Of a stretch of 64,000 nucleotides of DNA, positions 8,044 through 19,718 are shown in pieces; position 1 is the first letter of the stretch, and each line of letters opens with the position of its first letter. The position numbers and the translations under genes are program-made. The notes beneath the pieces are model-generated. The model had not been told where the DNA came from. It saw only the letters and a list, made by a program, of their open reading frames with translations, and ran no database searches. Where the stretch lies: NCBI GenBank assembly GCA_947259105.1, contig CAMYKU010000009.1, positions 1,333-65,332 on the forward strand, read 5' to 3'. Source of the stretch: an uncultured Alphaproteobacteria bacterium. Its GTDB lineage: Bacteria; Pseudomonadota; Alphaproteobacteria; UBA8366; JADFVY01.

Positions 8044-9673
8044 AACACTCCAGAATATAATAAGTTTACTCCGCTGGACAAGCTGGCGCAATCGGCGGCT
8101 GATCGCCGCCGCCGCGGCGTTTCTGGTGGTGGGTTGCTCGAACGACGACCTGTCCGGCGAAGGCGCGGTCTTCCGGGGGGTGGCGGTGGCCGATGAGCCG
8201 CTGGCCGCGCAAGCCGCAGCGGAAATCCTGGCGCAGGGCGGATCGGCGGCGGACGCTGCGGTCACCCTGTATTTCGTCCTGTCGGTGACCTATCCATCGG
8301 CGGCCAGCCTTGGCGGCGGCGGCGTATGCCTCGTCAACGATCGGCGCAGTGGCGAGGTCTATTCGCTGAACTTTCTAGCGCCGCGCGCGGCGTCTTCCGG
8401 ATCCGCGGTCCGGTTGACCGCGGTTCCGGCCAACGCACGCGGCATGGCGGCGTTGCACGCGCGCTACGGCGATATGGACTGGCGTACCGTGCTTTCGCCG
8501 GCGGAACGGATTGCGCGGTTCGGCAAACCGCTGACGCGGGCGTCGGCCCGCGCCCTGGAAATTGGCGGCGGCACCCTGTTTTCGCATTGGGATGCAAGGC
8601 GGATCTTCGCGCCGACGGGCGTGGTCCCGGGGGAGGGCGCGGTGCTTCTGCAGACCGATCTGGCCGAGACGATCGCAGAGCTGCGGCTGAACGGAGCGAC
8701 CACCATGTATTCCGGCACTCTGGCCGACAGGTTGGTGGCTGCGGCGCGGATGGCAGGCGGCAGCCTCGCCCACGAGGATCTACGTAACTTCCTGCCCAGC
8801 TGGCAGCCCGTGCAGGGCATCGAGTTCGGCAATGACACGGCCTATTTCGCGCCGCCACCCGCCGGCGCAGGGCTGCTCGCGGGACAGATGTGGGCCATGC
8901 TGTCCGACCGCTCGCTGTATCGCAAGGCGCGTGATGACGAGCGACGCCATCTCCTCGTCGAAACCAGCCGGCGCGCCTGGGCGGGCCGTGCACGCTGGCT
9001 CGCCGACGACGGCACCACGGTCGACGCGGCAACCCTGATATCGGCTGGGGCGGCCCGCGCGGCGCTGGAAGATTACGATCCCGACAAAGCATCCAATTCC
9101 CACGGCGGCGGCGCAATGCCGCAATCCCGTGCCGACAGTCCGGCGAGCACGGGATTCGTTGTGATGGATGTGCTGGGCGGCGCGGTCGCGTGCACCTTTA
9201 CCGCCTACCGGCCTTTCGGGGTCGGCGCGGTCGCGCCGGGAACGGGGATTCTGCTGGCGCCCGCGCCGGGGCCGGACGACCGCAACCCGCTCGGGCTCGG
9301 CCCCATGATGGTCTTCGATCCCCGGGTGTCCGCCTTCAAGTTCGCTGCCGTCGGAGGTTCAGGGCCGGAAGCCGCTGCGGCGATGATGACCGTGGCGGCG
9401 GAGTCGGTCATGACCACGGCTCGGCTGGACAAGGCGATGCGTTACACGCGTATGCATGCGGGCGATGGCGCCACCGTCTACATCGAGTCGACGGCGGACG
9501 CGTCGGTTGAGACGGCACTGGCGGGGCGCGGGCATCGGCTTTCGCCGGTGCCTTCGCTGGGCCGGGTCAACGCGATCTATTGCCCTGCCGGATATCCGGC
9601 CGAACCGGGTAAGTTGCTGTGCTGGGCCGAAACCGATCCCCGCGGTTTCGGGTTCGTGGCCATCCCGAACTAG
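8027..9673 (+). CDS. gamma-glutamyltransferase family protein (lipoprotein-like signal)
   Basis: VAVADEPLAAQAAAEILAQGGSAADAAV...SLGGGGVCLV matches the GGT N-terminal signature. LVVGCS lipobox-like. Candidate autoprocessing Thr in PASTGFVVMD. The start is uncertain (8015/8027 or later). Confidence 0.7.
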   Translation: MNFKGITLQNIISLLRWTSWRNRRLIAAAAAFLVVGCSNDDLSGEGAVFRGVAVADEPLAAQAAAEILAQGGSAADAAVTLYFVLSVTYPSAASLGGGGVCLVNDRRSGEVYSLNFLAPRAASSGSAVRLTAVPANARGMAALHARYGDMDWRTVLSPAERIARFGKPLTRASARALEIGGGTLFSHWDARRIFAPTGVVPGEGAVLLQTDLAETIAELRLNGATTMYSGTLADRLVAAARMAGGSLAHEDLRNFLPSWQPVQGIEFGNDTAYFAPPPAGAGLLAGQMWAMLSDRSLYRKARDDERRHLLVETSRRAWAGRARWLADDGTTVDAATLISAGAARAALEDYDPDKASNSHGGGAMPQSRADSPASTGFVVMDVLGGAVACTFTAYRPFGVGAVAPGTGILLAPAPGPDDRNPLGLGPMMVFDPRVSAFKFAAVGGSGPEAAAAMMTVAAESVMTTARLDKAMRYTRMHAGDGATVYIESTADASVETALAGRGHRLSPVPSLGRVNAIYCPAGYPAEPGKLLCWAETDPRGFGFVAIPN

Positions 9674-9687
9674 GACGGAGCAGTCGC

Positions 9688-10845
9688 ATGCCCCTGAAGA
9701 CGGCCATTCGCGGGCGCATTTCGCCCTTTATCGTCATGGAGGTGATGCGGGCCGCCGCGGAGCGCGAGAAATCCGGCGCCGATGTCCTGCATATGGAGGT
9801 GGGACAGCCCGGCACCGGCGCGCCGCAAGGTGTCATCGATGCGGCCCGTGCGGCGCTGAACGACCAGCGACTCGGTTACACGGTGGCGCTGGGCATACCG
9901 GAACTCAGGCAGGCCATCGCGCGGCATTACCAGGACTATTACGGCGTGGCGGTGCCCGCGGAACGCATCGTGGTCACCACCGGATCGTCGGGCGCCTTCA
10001 TGTTGTCGTTTCTGGCGGCCTTCGATCCGGGCGACAGAGTCGCGCTGGCGGCGCCCGGATATCCCTGCTACCGGAACATCCTGTCGGCGCTGGGCGTCGA
10101 GCCGGTGTCGCTGATGAGCACGCTGGAGGACCGGTTTCAGCCCACACCGGACCTGCTCGACCGGGCGCGCGCCGAAGGACCGGTCCACGGGCTCATTGTC
10201 GCCAGTCCTTCGAACCCGACCGGCACGATGCTGGACGCCGACGCATTTCGCGCGCTGGTCGACTATTGTGTCCAGCACGACATCCGGCTCATTTCCGACG
10301 AAATCTATCACGGCATCACCTACCGCCGTAAGGCCGACACGGCGGCCGCGTTCGCCGATCAGGCCGTCGTCATCAACAGTTTCTCGAAATATTTCTCGAT
10401 GACGGGGTGGCGGCTCGGCTGGATGGTGGTGCCGTCGGACCTGATGCGGCCGGTGGAATCCCTGGCACAGAATTTCTTCATTTCGCCGCCGACGCTCTCG
10501 CAGATCGCGGCGGTTGCCGCGTTCGACTGCCAGGCTGAGCTGCAGGCCAACGTGGCGCGCTATGCTGCGAACCGGGAAATGCTGCTGCGCGAGTTGCCGA
10601 ACGCGGGTTTCACCGAACTCGCGCCGTCCGACGGCGCATTTTACATCTATGCCGATGTCGGGCATATGACCGATGATAGCGAAGCCTTCTGCCGCCGGAT
10701 CCTGAATGAGGCCGGCGTTGCGGTAACACCGGGCGTCGATTTCGATCCCGAGCGCGGCAACCGCTTCGTGCGATTCTCGTTCGCCGAGAGCACCGGGGAG
10801 ATGACGAACGCGGCCATGGCGTTGAAGACCTGGCGGGCGGGCTGA
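9688..10845 (+). CDS. pyridoxal-phosphate-dependent aminotransferase (class I/II)
   Basis: PLP-lysine motif NSFSKYFSMTGWRLGW. ATG 9688 is preceded by GGACGGAG. The N-terminal extension of ORF 9619.. is rejected. Confidence 0.85.
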   Translation: MPLKTAIRGRISPFIVMEVMRAAAEREKSGADVLHMEVGQPGTGAPQGVIDAARAALNDQRLGYTVALGIPELRQAIARHYQDYYGVAVPAERIVVTTGSSGAFMLSFLAAFDPGDRVALAAPGYPCYRNILSALGVEPVSLMSTLEDRFQPTPDLLDRARAEGPVHGLIVASPSNPTGTMLDADAFRALVDYCVQHDIRLISDEIYHGITYRRKADTAAAFADQAVVINSFSKYFSMTGWRLGWMVVPSDLMRPVESLAQNFFISPPTLSQIAAVAAFDCQAELQANVARYAANREMLLRELPNAGFTELAPSDGAFYIYADVGHMTDDSEAFCRRILNEAGVAVTPGVDFDPERGNRFVRFSFAESTGEMTNAAMALKTWRAG

Positions 10846-11096
10846 TCCGCCGCGCCTTGCGCAACAGCTTCGTCGCATAACGGATGCGTCGGCCCCGGAC
10901 CGTATTCGATGCCGTGCGCTCGTTGCGGCAGAACATGCCGATAAGGCCACCAAGATCGCCCCGCTCCAAGTCCCATTCGCCGTTCACGTGGCCCTCGCCG
11001 GAGCCGAGGTCGGGGTTCATCCCAACTTTGGGAACGAACCGGTGCGAACCTGACGGATAACGCCCCAGAATCAACGGGTTGTAATGGATCTACGGG

Positions 11097-13637
11097 CTAA
11101 TCCGGCTGTCGTCGCCACCAGCCGGTCCGTTTGGGTTTTGCATCCTCGAGGGAGTCCGGCGTGTCCGGTTCCACCGGGCGCTCGTCCGCCGGCGCGGATT
11201 CCGCGTAGACGGGCTCCCGCTCACGCTCGATCGTGACCGGTGCGGCCGGCTCGGACGGGGAGGGCGCCACCGGGGCATTGCTCTCCGGCTGTTCGTCGCG
11301 GTGCGTATCCGGCGCGACGTCGTCATTGGCGGATACGGCCGCCGCCGGTTTTTCGGCCGGCTTGCGTGCCGTTCGTGCCGGGCGCTTGCGCGCCGCAGAC
11401 GTGGCTTTCGGTTTATCGCGTGCGCTGGTCTTCGAGGCGGTGCTACGGCGGCGCGTGGATTTGGGTTTCTCTTCCACAGCGGATGTCTCCGCCGTGTCCT
11501 CCACGGGTGTCGCCGGCGCTTCCGCGCTTTCGGATTCGGCCTGCAAGGCCTCGGCCGTGGCATCCGCGGGTTCCGCTTTTTTGTGGCGCCGACTGGCCCG
11601 TTTCGGCTTCTGCGCGATATCGGGGATGGCCTCTTCCGGCGAAGCCTCGGCGACACCGTCATCCCCTTCGGGCATAGCCGGGGTGGGCTGCTCGGGTAGC
11701 TCGGGCTCCGTGTCGTCGGGGCCGCCGGCCGAAACTGCCGCACCGTCGGTGGCGGAATCCACATTCTTCCGGCTGCGCCGCCGTCCGCCACGTTTTCCGC
11801 GGCGGCGTCGCTTGCGGGGCTCTTCCTCGTCGTCCCCATCATCAGGGGCCGCCGCCGTCATCGCCGGTTCGGCGGTTTCTTCCTCTGATGCGCCGGCATC
11901 CGCGGCCTCGACGGCCTCAGCCTCGTTGCGGTCCTTGCGGCGCCTGCGGGGCCGGCGCTTGCGTCGCCCGCCTTCGTCCGCGGACTCTTCCGCAGCCGGC
12001 AACTCATCGGCTTCGGCCTCGCCTTCCTCGCCTTCGCGCGACCGTACCCGTTCGATTCTGAATTCCGGCGGGATCAGCCCGTCGTCGGCGGCGATGACCA
12101 CCGTGAGGCCGCAGCGCTTCTCGATCGATGCGATGATGTCGCGCTTGTGGTTCAGGATATATAGCGCCACGGAAGACGGCACAAATACGTCGATCTCGGC
12201 GGCGCGGCGGCGCAGGCCCTCCTCCTCGATTCCACGCATCACGTGCAGCGCCGTGGATTCGGTGGACCGGATGTGGCCGGTGCCGCCGCAGGACGGGCAC
12301 AGTTCGCTCGATGTCTCCAGCAGGCTCGGGCGCAATCTCTGCCGTGACATCTCCAGCAGGCCAAAGGCACTGATATGCCCGATCTGAATCCGCGCACGGT
12401 CGTTTCGCAGCGCCTCCTTGAGGCGTCGCTCCACCGCCGAATTGTTGCGGTTCTCCTCCATGTCGATGAAGTCGATGACGATAAGGCCGGCAAGGTCCCG
12501 CAGCCGCAGTTGCCGGGCCACCTCTTCGGCCGCCTCCTGATTGGTCTTGAGCGCCGTCTCCTCGATATGCCGCTCGCGCGTGGCGCGACCCGAATTTACA
12601 TCGATTGCGACCAGCGCCTCGGTGGAATGGATCACCAGGTAACCGCCCGAGCGCAGCTGGACGACCGGATTGTAAATGGCGTCGATCTGAACCTCGACCT
12701 GATACCGGAAGAACAGCGGAATGACCGGGTCCTCGTAACGCTGCACCCGTTTGGCATGGCTCGGCACCATCGCCTTCATGAAATCCTTCGCAACCCGGTA
12801 GCCCTCCTCGCCGTCGACCAGCACGTCGTCGATGTCCTTGTCGTACAGATCGCGGATAGACCGTTTGATCAGGTTGGCTTCCTCGTGCACCAGAGTGGGC
12901 GCGATCGACTCCATGGTGCGGGTCCTGATTTCGTCCCACAGCCGCACGAGATATTCGTAGTCGCGCTTGATCTCCGCCTTAGTGCGTTCGGCGCCGGCGG
13001 TACGGACGATCACCGCCATTCCGGGCGGGATCTTGAATTCGTCGAGGATCTTTTTCAGCCGCCGCCGGTCCTTGACGTTGGCGATCTTGCGGCTGATGCC
13101 GCCACCGCGCCCGGTATTGGGCATCAATACGCAGTAGCGCCCGGCGAGCGACAGGTAGGTTGTCAGCGCCGCACCCTTGTTACCGCGTTCTTCCTTGACC
13201 ACCTGAACCAGCATGATCTGACGGCGCTTGATGACTTCCTGGATCTTGTAGTGCCGGTAATGCTTGATGCGCTTGCGCTCGACCTCTTCGACCTCGTCGC
13301 CGCCAACCGTCTCCACCGGTCCGCCGTTATCGGAATCCTCGGCATCGTCGGCCGCGGCTTCCTCCGCCAGCAACTGCTCGCGGTCGGCAACCGGTATCTG
13401 ATAGTAATCGGGATGAATTTCACTGAACGCCAGGAAACCGTGCCGGTTGCCGCCGTAATCGACGAAGGCGGCCTGAAGCGAAGGCTCCACGCGGACTATC
13501 TTGGCCAGATAGACGTTTCCCTTGAGTTGCTTCTTGCGGGAAGTTTCGTAGTCGAAATCTTCGAGGCGCTTACCATTTACCACGGCCACCCGAATCTCTT
13601 CCGGGTGGCTCGCGTCAATCAACATTCTCCGAGCCAT
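11097..13637 (-). CDS. rne: ribonuclease E
   Basis: N-terminal MARRMLIDASHPEEIRVAVV, S1 domain, catalytic core (IVIDFIDME), Zn-link CPxCxGxG (CPSCGGTG). The C-terminal roughly 330 aa is an Arg/Pro/Glu/Ala-rich low-complexity scaffold. Confidence 0.9.
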   Translation of the reverse strand: MARRMLIDASHPEEIRVAVVNGKRLEDFDYETSRKKQLKGNVYLAKIVRVEPSLQAAFVDYGGNRHGFLAFSEIHPDYYQIPVADREQLLAEEAAADDAEDSDNGGPVETVGGDEVEEVERKRIKHYRHYKIQEVIKRRQIMLVQVVKEERGNKGAALTTYLSLAGRYCVLMPNTGRGGGISRKIANVKDRRRLKKILDEFKIPPGMAVIVRTAGAERTKAEIKRDYEYLVRLWDEIRTRTMESIAPTLVHEEANLIKRSIRDLYDKDIDDVLVDGEEGYRVAKDFMKAMVPSHAKRVQRYEDPVIPLFFRYQVEVQIDAIYNPVVQLRSGGYLVIHSTEALVAIDVNSGRATRERHIEETALKTNQEAAEEVARQLRLRDLAGLIVIDFIDMEENRNNSAVERRLKEALRNDRARIQIGHISAFGLLEMSRQRLRPSLLETSSELCPSCGGTGHIRSTESTALHVMRGIEEEGLRRRAAEIDVFVPSSVALYILNHKRDIIASIEKRCGLTVVIAADDGLIPPEFRIERVRSREGEEGEAEADELPAAEESADEGGRRKRRPRRRRKDRNEAEAVEAADAGASEEETAEPAMTAAAPDDGDDEEEPRKRRRRGKRGGRRRSRKNVDSATDGAAVSAGGPDDTEPELPEQPTPAMPEGDDGVAEASPEEAIPDIAQKPKRASRRHKKAEPADATAEALQAESESAEAPATPVEDTAETSAVEEKPKSTRRRSTASKTSARDKPKATSAARKRPARTARKPAEKPAAAVSANDDVAPDTHRDEQPESNAPVAPSPSEPAAPVTIEREREPVYAESAPADERPVEPDTPDSLEDAKPKRTGWWRRQPD

Positions 13638-14154
13638 AAGGCAAAACTCCAACATGCTCCCGCGGGTCCGCGCGTAACAGACCGTCGCAGCAGCACCGTG
13701 TCTGGTGCGAAACCGGCAGCGCTTACGAATTCACCCGTCGAACAGCGCAAGAGAGTCTTGCACCAAGAGGGCAAAGCATTTAAGCGCCCGCTCATCCCGT
13801 AACGAAACCCCATAACCGGAGGCCCGCCCGTGGATCGGCTTCGAGTTCCTCAATACTATACCGCCGGGTTCGCATGTGCCTCGACCCGCCGTCCCTCAAC
13901 CACTGACCGGTGATACCGGAAAGGAATCGACCTGGGCGACCCGTTGCACAGTCACGCCAAAATACCGGAGCGACCGTCCGGCGGTGATACGCGCGATGCC
14001 AAAATACGCGCGAATGCGTTTGCAGGACAATGTATAATTTTCCTTGCGGTCACCAAAATTTTGCCAACCTTGTCGTTTATTTGTTTTGCCGGAGTCGCCG
14101 AATCAACTATATGTCTAACCTTATCAAACGCATAAGCTGGAACCGTACTGGCGT
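13638..14154. promoter_or_regulatory. 517-bp divergent intergenic region: long rne leader plus amiC promoter
   Basis: No credible ORF. There is an AT-rich patch at about 14030-14140. RNase E genes are known to carry long autoregulatory 5' UTRs, but the structure here is not verified. Confidence 0.4.
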
Positions 14155-15396
14155 ATGAGCTTTCGCAGCCCAGTTTTTTTATTTTCCGCTCTCGGCGGCC
14201 TGCTGGTCGCGACGCTGGCGTTTCTCCTCATTTGTGAGAGCGCCGCGGCAAAGCAGCCGGCGGTCACCGGTGTGCGGCTGGGTCAGAATCCCCCGAGTAC
14301 CGCGAAGGGCACCACCCGGGTTGTCCTCGACCTGACCAGCGCGGTCCCGTATTCCGCGTTCCTGCTGGGGTCGCCGTACCGGCTGGTGATTGATCTGCCG
14401 GAGGTCGCCTGGACCACCAATGGGGGATCGAAGCAGGAAACGGTCGGCCTTGTGGAACGCCTGCGCTATGGGCATTTCCGGCCCGGCAACAGCCGCGTCG
14501 TTGTAGACCTGATGGGGCCGGCCAAGATTCTGCGGCACAGCGTTCTGACCAAACCGGACCGCATCGTATTCGACATTGCACCGGTCGGCCCCGCGCGTTT
14601 CAAGCCGGGACAGAAAGTCGGACTCAAGGGTTGGGAGCCGCCATCTTCAGAGTCGATACCGTTGCCCAGGCGGAAGCCGGACGGCCTGAACGGCAAGCGC
14701 GTGGTGGTTATCGACGCGGGACATGGCGGCGTCGACCCGGGTGCGGTCCGCGGCAAGACCTATGAGAAGCGGATCACGCTGGCGATCGCCAACGCCGTCA
14801 AGGTGCAACTTGAGAAGAGCGGCCGTTACCGTGTGGTCATGACGCGGTCCCGCGACACTTTCCTGGAGCTGCGGGAGCGCGTCGAGACGGCGCACGAGAA
14901 CAAGGGCGACCTGTTCATTTCGATACACGCGGATACCCATCCCAAGAAGAACACGCGCGGTGCCTCGGTGTATACGCTGTCGGAGAAAGCGTCGGACAAG
15001 GAAGCCGCGGCGCTGGCGGCAAAGGAGAACAACGCCGATGCGATCGCCGGCTCCCCGGTCGATCCCAGCGTTTATTCCGACGAGACCATCGATATTCTCC
15101 GCGATCTCCAGAGGCGCCAGACCGACAGGCATTCGGCGATTTTCGCCCGCATGCTGACCGAACAACTGGACACGAAGGGTGTCGGACTGGCTCGAAGGAA
15201 AGCGCACAGGTTTGCCGGCTTCGTCGTCCTCAAATCGCCGAACGTGCCGTCGGTGCTCATCGAACTCGGATATCTGTCGAACAAGGACGACCGGCAGATG
15301 CTGCAGACGTCGCGGTTCCGCAGCAGGGTCGCCAAGGCCATGCTGGCTTCGGCGGACCGGTATTTCAAATATGTCGACGACCTCGCCCGCAGATAG
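14155..15396 (+). CDS. amiC: N-acetylmuramoyl-L-alanine amidase with N-terminal AMIN domain
   Basis: Signal peptide. AMIN-like VTGVRLGQ...TRVVLDL...YRLVIDLPEV. Amidase_3 motifs VVIDAGHGGVDPGA and SIHAD. Confidence 0.85.
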   Translation: MSFRSPVFLFSALGGLLVATLAFLLICESAAAKQPAVTGVRLGQNPPSTAKGTTRVVLDLTSAVPYSAFLLGSPYRLVIDLPEVAWTTNGGSKQETVGLVERLRYGHFRPGNSRVVVDLMGPAKILRHSVLTKPDRIVFDIAPVGPARFKPGQKVGLKGWEPPSSESIPLPRRKPDGLNGKRVVVIDAGHGGVDPGAVRGKTYEKRITLAIANAVKVQLEKSGRYRVVMTRSRDTFLELRERVETAHENKGDLFISIHADTHPKKNTRGASVYTLSEKASDKEAAALAAKENNADAIAGSPVDPSVYSDETIDILRDLQRRQTDRHSAIFARMLTEQLDTKGVGLARRKAHRFAGFVVLKSPNVPSVLIELGYLSNKDDRQMLQTSRFRSRVAKAMLASADRYFKYVDDLARR

Positions 15397-15515
15397 CGGT
15401 TCGTTCACAGATTGGTCATAATTGCCCTGTATTGAGATAGATGGCCGTAAACCCGTGGGCTTCGGGTCAGGCGTTTCGTTGGGTGAACATTCTCCCGTTT
15501 TAGCGGGCCGGGGTC

Positions 15516-18026
15516 ATGCGCCGATTTCTTAAAGTCGTACAATACTGTTTGGCTGTTCTTTTCATTCTAGCGCTGGCCGCCGGCGGTGGCGCGACCTATG
15601 GGATCTGGTATTACAGCCGGGACCTGCCGGACCATCGGCAATTGGCCGATTATCAGCCGAAGATCTCGACCCGCGTTCACGCTGGCGACGGGCAGGTGAT
15701 CACGGAATTCGCCACCGAAAAGAGGGCGTTCGTCCCGATCGAAGCGGTGCCGGCCCGCGTCAAGCAGGCGTTCATTGCGGCCGAGGACCAGCGCTTCTAC
15801 CAGCACAACGGCGTCGACGCCGTGGCGCTCGCGCGCGCAGTCGTCACGAATGTCAGGAGCATGGGGTCGGGCAAGCGGCTGGTGGGCGGATCGACGATCA
15901 CCCAGCAGGTTGCGAAGAACTTCCTGGTCGGCAACGAGCGCAGTTACGAACGCAAGATCCGTGAGGCGCTCATCGCCATCGAAATGGAGAAAGTCTACAC
16001 CAAGGAAGAAATTCTCGAACTGTACCTGAACGAAATCTATCTCGGCATCGGCGCCTACGGCGTGGCGGCGGCGTCGATGAACTATTTCAACAAGTCGATG
16101 GACGAGCTGACGGTCGCCGAGGCGGCATATCTGGCGGCTCTGCCCAAGGCGCCCGGCAGGTATCATCCGGTGAACGCGCCCGGCCTGGCCCGGGACCGGC
16201 GGGACTGGGTGATCGGCCGCATGGTCGAGGAAGGGTTCATCGACGCGGCCACGGCGCAGACGGCACGGGCCGAACCGCTCGAGATGGTCTCGCCGGATCG
16301 GAGCACCCTGGTGGCGGCGGCGTTTTTCGTCGAGGAAGTGCGCCGCGAACTTGTCGAACAGTTCGGCGACGACGCCCTATACGAGGGTGGCCTTTCGGTG
16401 CGCACGACGCTCAGCCCGAAGCTTCAGGCCTTTGCGGACGCCGCGCTGCGGGGCGGATTGATCGCCTATGACCGGCGGCACGGCTGGCGCGGGTCGCTCG
16501 ACAGGCTGGTACCCGGAACCGACTGGGTGAAATGGCTGGAGACGGCGACGCTGCCAGCCGGCGCCCGGGGCTGGTCGCTGGCCGTGGTCCTGTCGGTAGA
16601 GGACGACAAGGCGGCCATCGGCCTCGCCGGAGGCTCGACGGGTACGATCCCGCTGACGGAGCTGACCTGGGCGCGGCCATGGATTGCGGACCAGGAACTC
16701 GGTCCGGAGGTCGAAAAGGCAGCGGATGTGCTGACCACCGGCGACGTCGTCCTGGTCGCGCCGGTGATGGCATCGGAGCCGGATGACGAGGGCAATACGA
16801 TCACCTATCCCGACGACACCTATGCGCTGTATCAGCTGCCCAACGTCAACGGCGCGATCATTGCGCTCGATCCGCATACCGGACGGGTGCTTGCCATGTC
16901 CGGCGGATACGACTTCGCGCTGAGCGAATTCAATCGCGCAACCCAAGCCTGGCGGCAGCCCGGTTCGGCCTTCAAGCCCTTCGTCTACCTGTCGGCGCTG
17001 GACAAGAACTATACGCCGGCCACGGTCATCCTCGATGCGCCGTTCGTCATGGAACGCGCCGACGGCAAGGGCAAGTGGAAACCGACCAACTATTCCGACC
17101 GCTTCTATGGCCCGAGCACGATGCGGATCGGTATCGTCAAGTCGCGCAATCTGATGACCGTGCGTCTTGCCAAGGCCATCGGCATGGCCCCGGTCATCAG
17201 GAACGCAAAGGCTTTCGGGATCGTCGACGATATGGCCGGCGAACTGGCCATGGCGCTTGGCGCCGGCGAGACGACGCTGATGCGCCTTTCGACGGCCTAT
17301 GCCATGCTGGCCAACGGCGGCAAGCATATAACGCCGACACTGATCGACCGGGTCCAGAACCGCACCGGGAAAACCGTCTTCAAGCACGACAACCGGTCGT
17401 GCGAGGGCTGTGTCGTCGAGCGCTGGTCGCTGCAGCCGGTGCCGGACATCCCGGATGAGCGCGAGGCCGTTGCCGATCCGATCAGCGCCTATCAGATCGT
17501 TTCCATGTTGCAGGGCGTCGTGCAGAGGGGCACGGGTTACAGGGTCAGCAGTATCGGCAAGCCGCTGGCCGGCAAGACGGGGACCACGAACAACTCCCAG
17601 GATGCCTGGTTCCTGGGCTTTTCTCCGGACCTTGTCGCCGGCGTCTACGTCGGGTTCGATACGCCGCGAACGCTGGGCAGGCGCGAGACCGGTTCCAGCG
17701 TCGCAGTGCCGATTTTCAAGGAGTTCATGGAAAACGCGCTTGCGGACAAGGCCGCGACCCCGTTCCGGGTTCCGCCGGGAATCCGGATGGTCCGCATGAA
17801 TACCGAGACCGGTTTGCCCGCGACGCCGGCGGACGACAGGCGGAAAATCGTCCTCGAGGCCTTCCGGCGCGGCACCGAGCCCGGAACCGACGCCGCGTCG
17901 ATCGTCATCGACGGGTCCGATACCGGGCTGGGTTTCGACCCGGCCGAGGGGAGCAGTGCAATACCGGCCGGACAGAACGAACCGCCGAAGCCGGCCCAGA
18001 AAGGCACGAACACCGGGCTTTACTGA
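15516..18026 (+). CDS. mrcA: penicillin-binding protein 1A (bifunctional transglycosylase/transpeptidase)
   Basis: Glycosyltransferase-51 motifs EDQRFYQHNG and RKIREA. Transpeptidase motifs SAFKP (SxxK), SRN and KTGTT. Confidence 0.9.
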   Translation: MRRFLKVVQYCLAVLFILALAAGGGATYGIWYYSRDLPDHRQLADYQPKISTRVHAGDGQVITEFATEKRAFVPIEAVPARVKQAFIAAEDQRFYQHNGVDAVALARAVVTNVRSMGSGKRLVGGSTITQQVAKNFLVGNERSYERKIREALIAIEMEKVYTKEEILELYLNEIYLGIGAYGVAAASMNYFNKSMDELTVAEAAYLAALPKAPGRYHPVNAPGLARDRRDWVIGRMVEEGFIDAATAQTARAEPLEMVSPDRSTLVAAAFFVEEVRRELVEQFGDDALYEGGLSVRTTLSPKLQAFADAALRGGLIAYDRRHGWRGSLDRLVPGTDWVKWLETATLPAGARGWSLAVVLSVEDDKAAIGLAGGSTGTIPLTELTWARPWIADQELGPEVEKAADVLTTGDVVLVAPVMASEPDDEGNTITYPDDTYALYQLPNVNGAIIALDPHTGRVLAMSGGYDFALSEFNRATQAWRQPGSAFKPFVYLSALDKNYTPATVILDAPFVMERADGKGKWKPTNYSDRFYGPSTMRIGIVKSRNLMTVRLAKAIGMAPVIRNAKAFGIVDDMAGELAMALGAGETTLMRLSTAYAMLANGGKHITPTLIDRVQNRTGKTVFKHDNRSCEGCVVERWSLQPVPDIPDEREAVADPISAYQIVSMLQGVVQRGTGYRVSSIGKPLAGKTGTTNNSQDAWFLGFSPDLVAGVYVGFDTPRTLGRRETGSSVAVPIFKEFMENALADKAATPFRVPPGIRMVRMNTETGLPATPADDRRKIVLEAFRRGTEPGTDAASIVIDGSDTGLGFDPAEGSSAIPAGQNEPPKPAQKGTNTGLY

Positions 18027-18110
18027 CGACGGTGTTGCGGCGGGTTGCACGCGGCCCGGTTATTGGTTAAATCGACCCGGATTCACCCTGGCAATCGTAA
18101 GAGGGCGCAC

Positions 18111-19239
<1,129 letters not shown>

Positions 19240-19251
19240 CCGCCGGCTGAC

Positions 19252-19270
19252 GGCCGCCGCCGCGGCGGCC
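19252..19270. terminator. GC-rich hairpin between convergent prfB and ridA-like gene
   Basis: ggccgccg (19252-19259) pairs with cggcggcc (19263-19270) around a 3-nt loop. There is no U-tract. Confidence 0.3.
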
Positions 19271-19280
19271 CGGAGGCACC

Positions 19281-19667
19281 TCAGCCCTGCGCTGCGACGG
19301 CTTCCACCTCGATGCGGAACGTCGGCTGTGCCAGGGCGGAGACGACGATCATCGTCGAGGCCGCCTCGTGGCCTCCCAGGTGATTGTCGCGGATTTCGCG
19401 GTAGCCGCCGACGTCGGCGCTGTCGGTCAGGTATGTGTTGACGCGCACGAGGTCGCTTGCCGCCATGCCCGCCTCTTCGAGGATCGCCATCAGGTTGCGG
19501 AACGCTTGATGGGCCTGGCCCGCGAAATCCTCGGGCACCGAGCCGTCCGGCGCTACGCCGAGCTGGCCCGAGACGTACAGCATGCGGGCGCCCGGCGGTA
19601 TCTCCACCGCGTGACTATAGGCGCTGAACGGCGGCGCGACGGTGGTGGGCTTCAGGGGCTTGAGCAC
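19281..19667 (-). CDS. RidA family protein (YjgF/YER057c/UK114)
   Basis: 128 aa. APPFSAYSHAVEI...LYVSGQLG...VRVNTYL...RIEVEAVA is typical of the RidA fold. Confidence 0.85.
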   Translation of the reverse strand: MLKPLKPTTVAPPFSAYSHAVEIPPGARMLYVSGQLGVAPDGSVPEDFAGQAHQAFRNLMAILEEAGMAASDLVRVNTYLTDSADVGGYREIRDNHLGGHEAASTMIVVSALAQPTFRIEVEAVAAQG

Positions 19668-19718
19668 AAGGGACCTCCTCTGGGAGATGGATCGGGCGTC
19701 TCGACTCTTTAGCTCTTG

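Noticed and set aside
10846-11096. A 250-bp gap between the convergent aminotransferase and rne genes. ORF 10610..11074 (-) begins MILGRYPSGSHRFVPKVGMNPDLGSGEGHVNGEWDLE.
   Set aside because: The ORF runs 235 nt antisense into the well-supported aminotransferase gene. It has no recognisable domain or RBS. It may be a decayed gene fragment, but I cannot support it.
11097-12100. Repetitive Arg/Pro/Glu/Ala-rich coding DNA with multiple overlapping ORFs in all frames (for example 11090..11842, 11240..11677 and 11301..11699).
   Set aside because: This is the low-complexity C-terminal scaffold region of RNase E. The alternative frames are by-products of the biased composition and are not separate genes.
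13944-14135. 63-aa ORF in the rne-amiC intergenic region.
   Set aside because: AT-rich, with no RBS, odd composition (MHSHAKIPERPSGG...) and overlap with the likely promoter/leader DNA. Judged non-coding.
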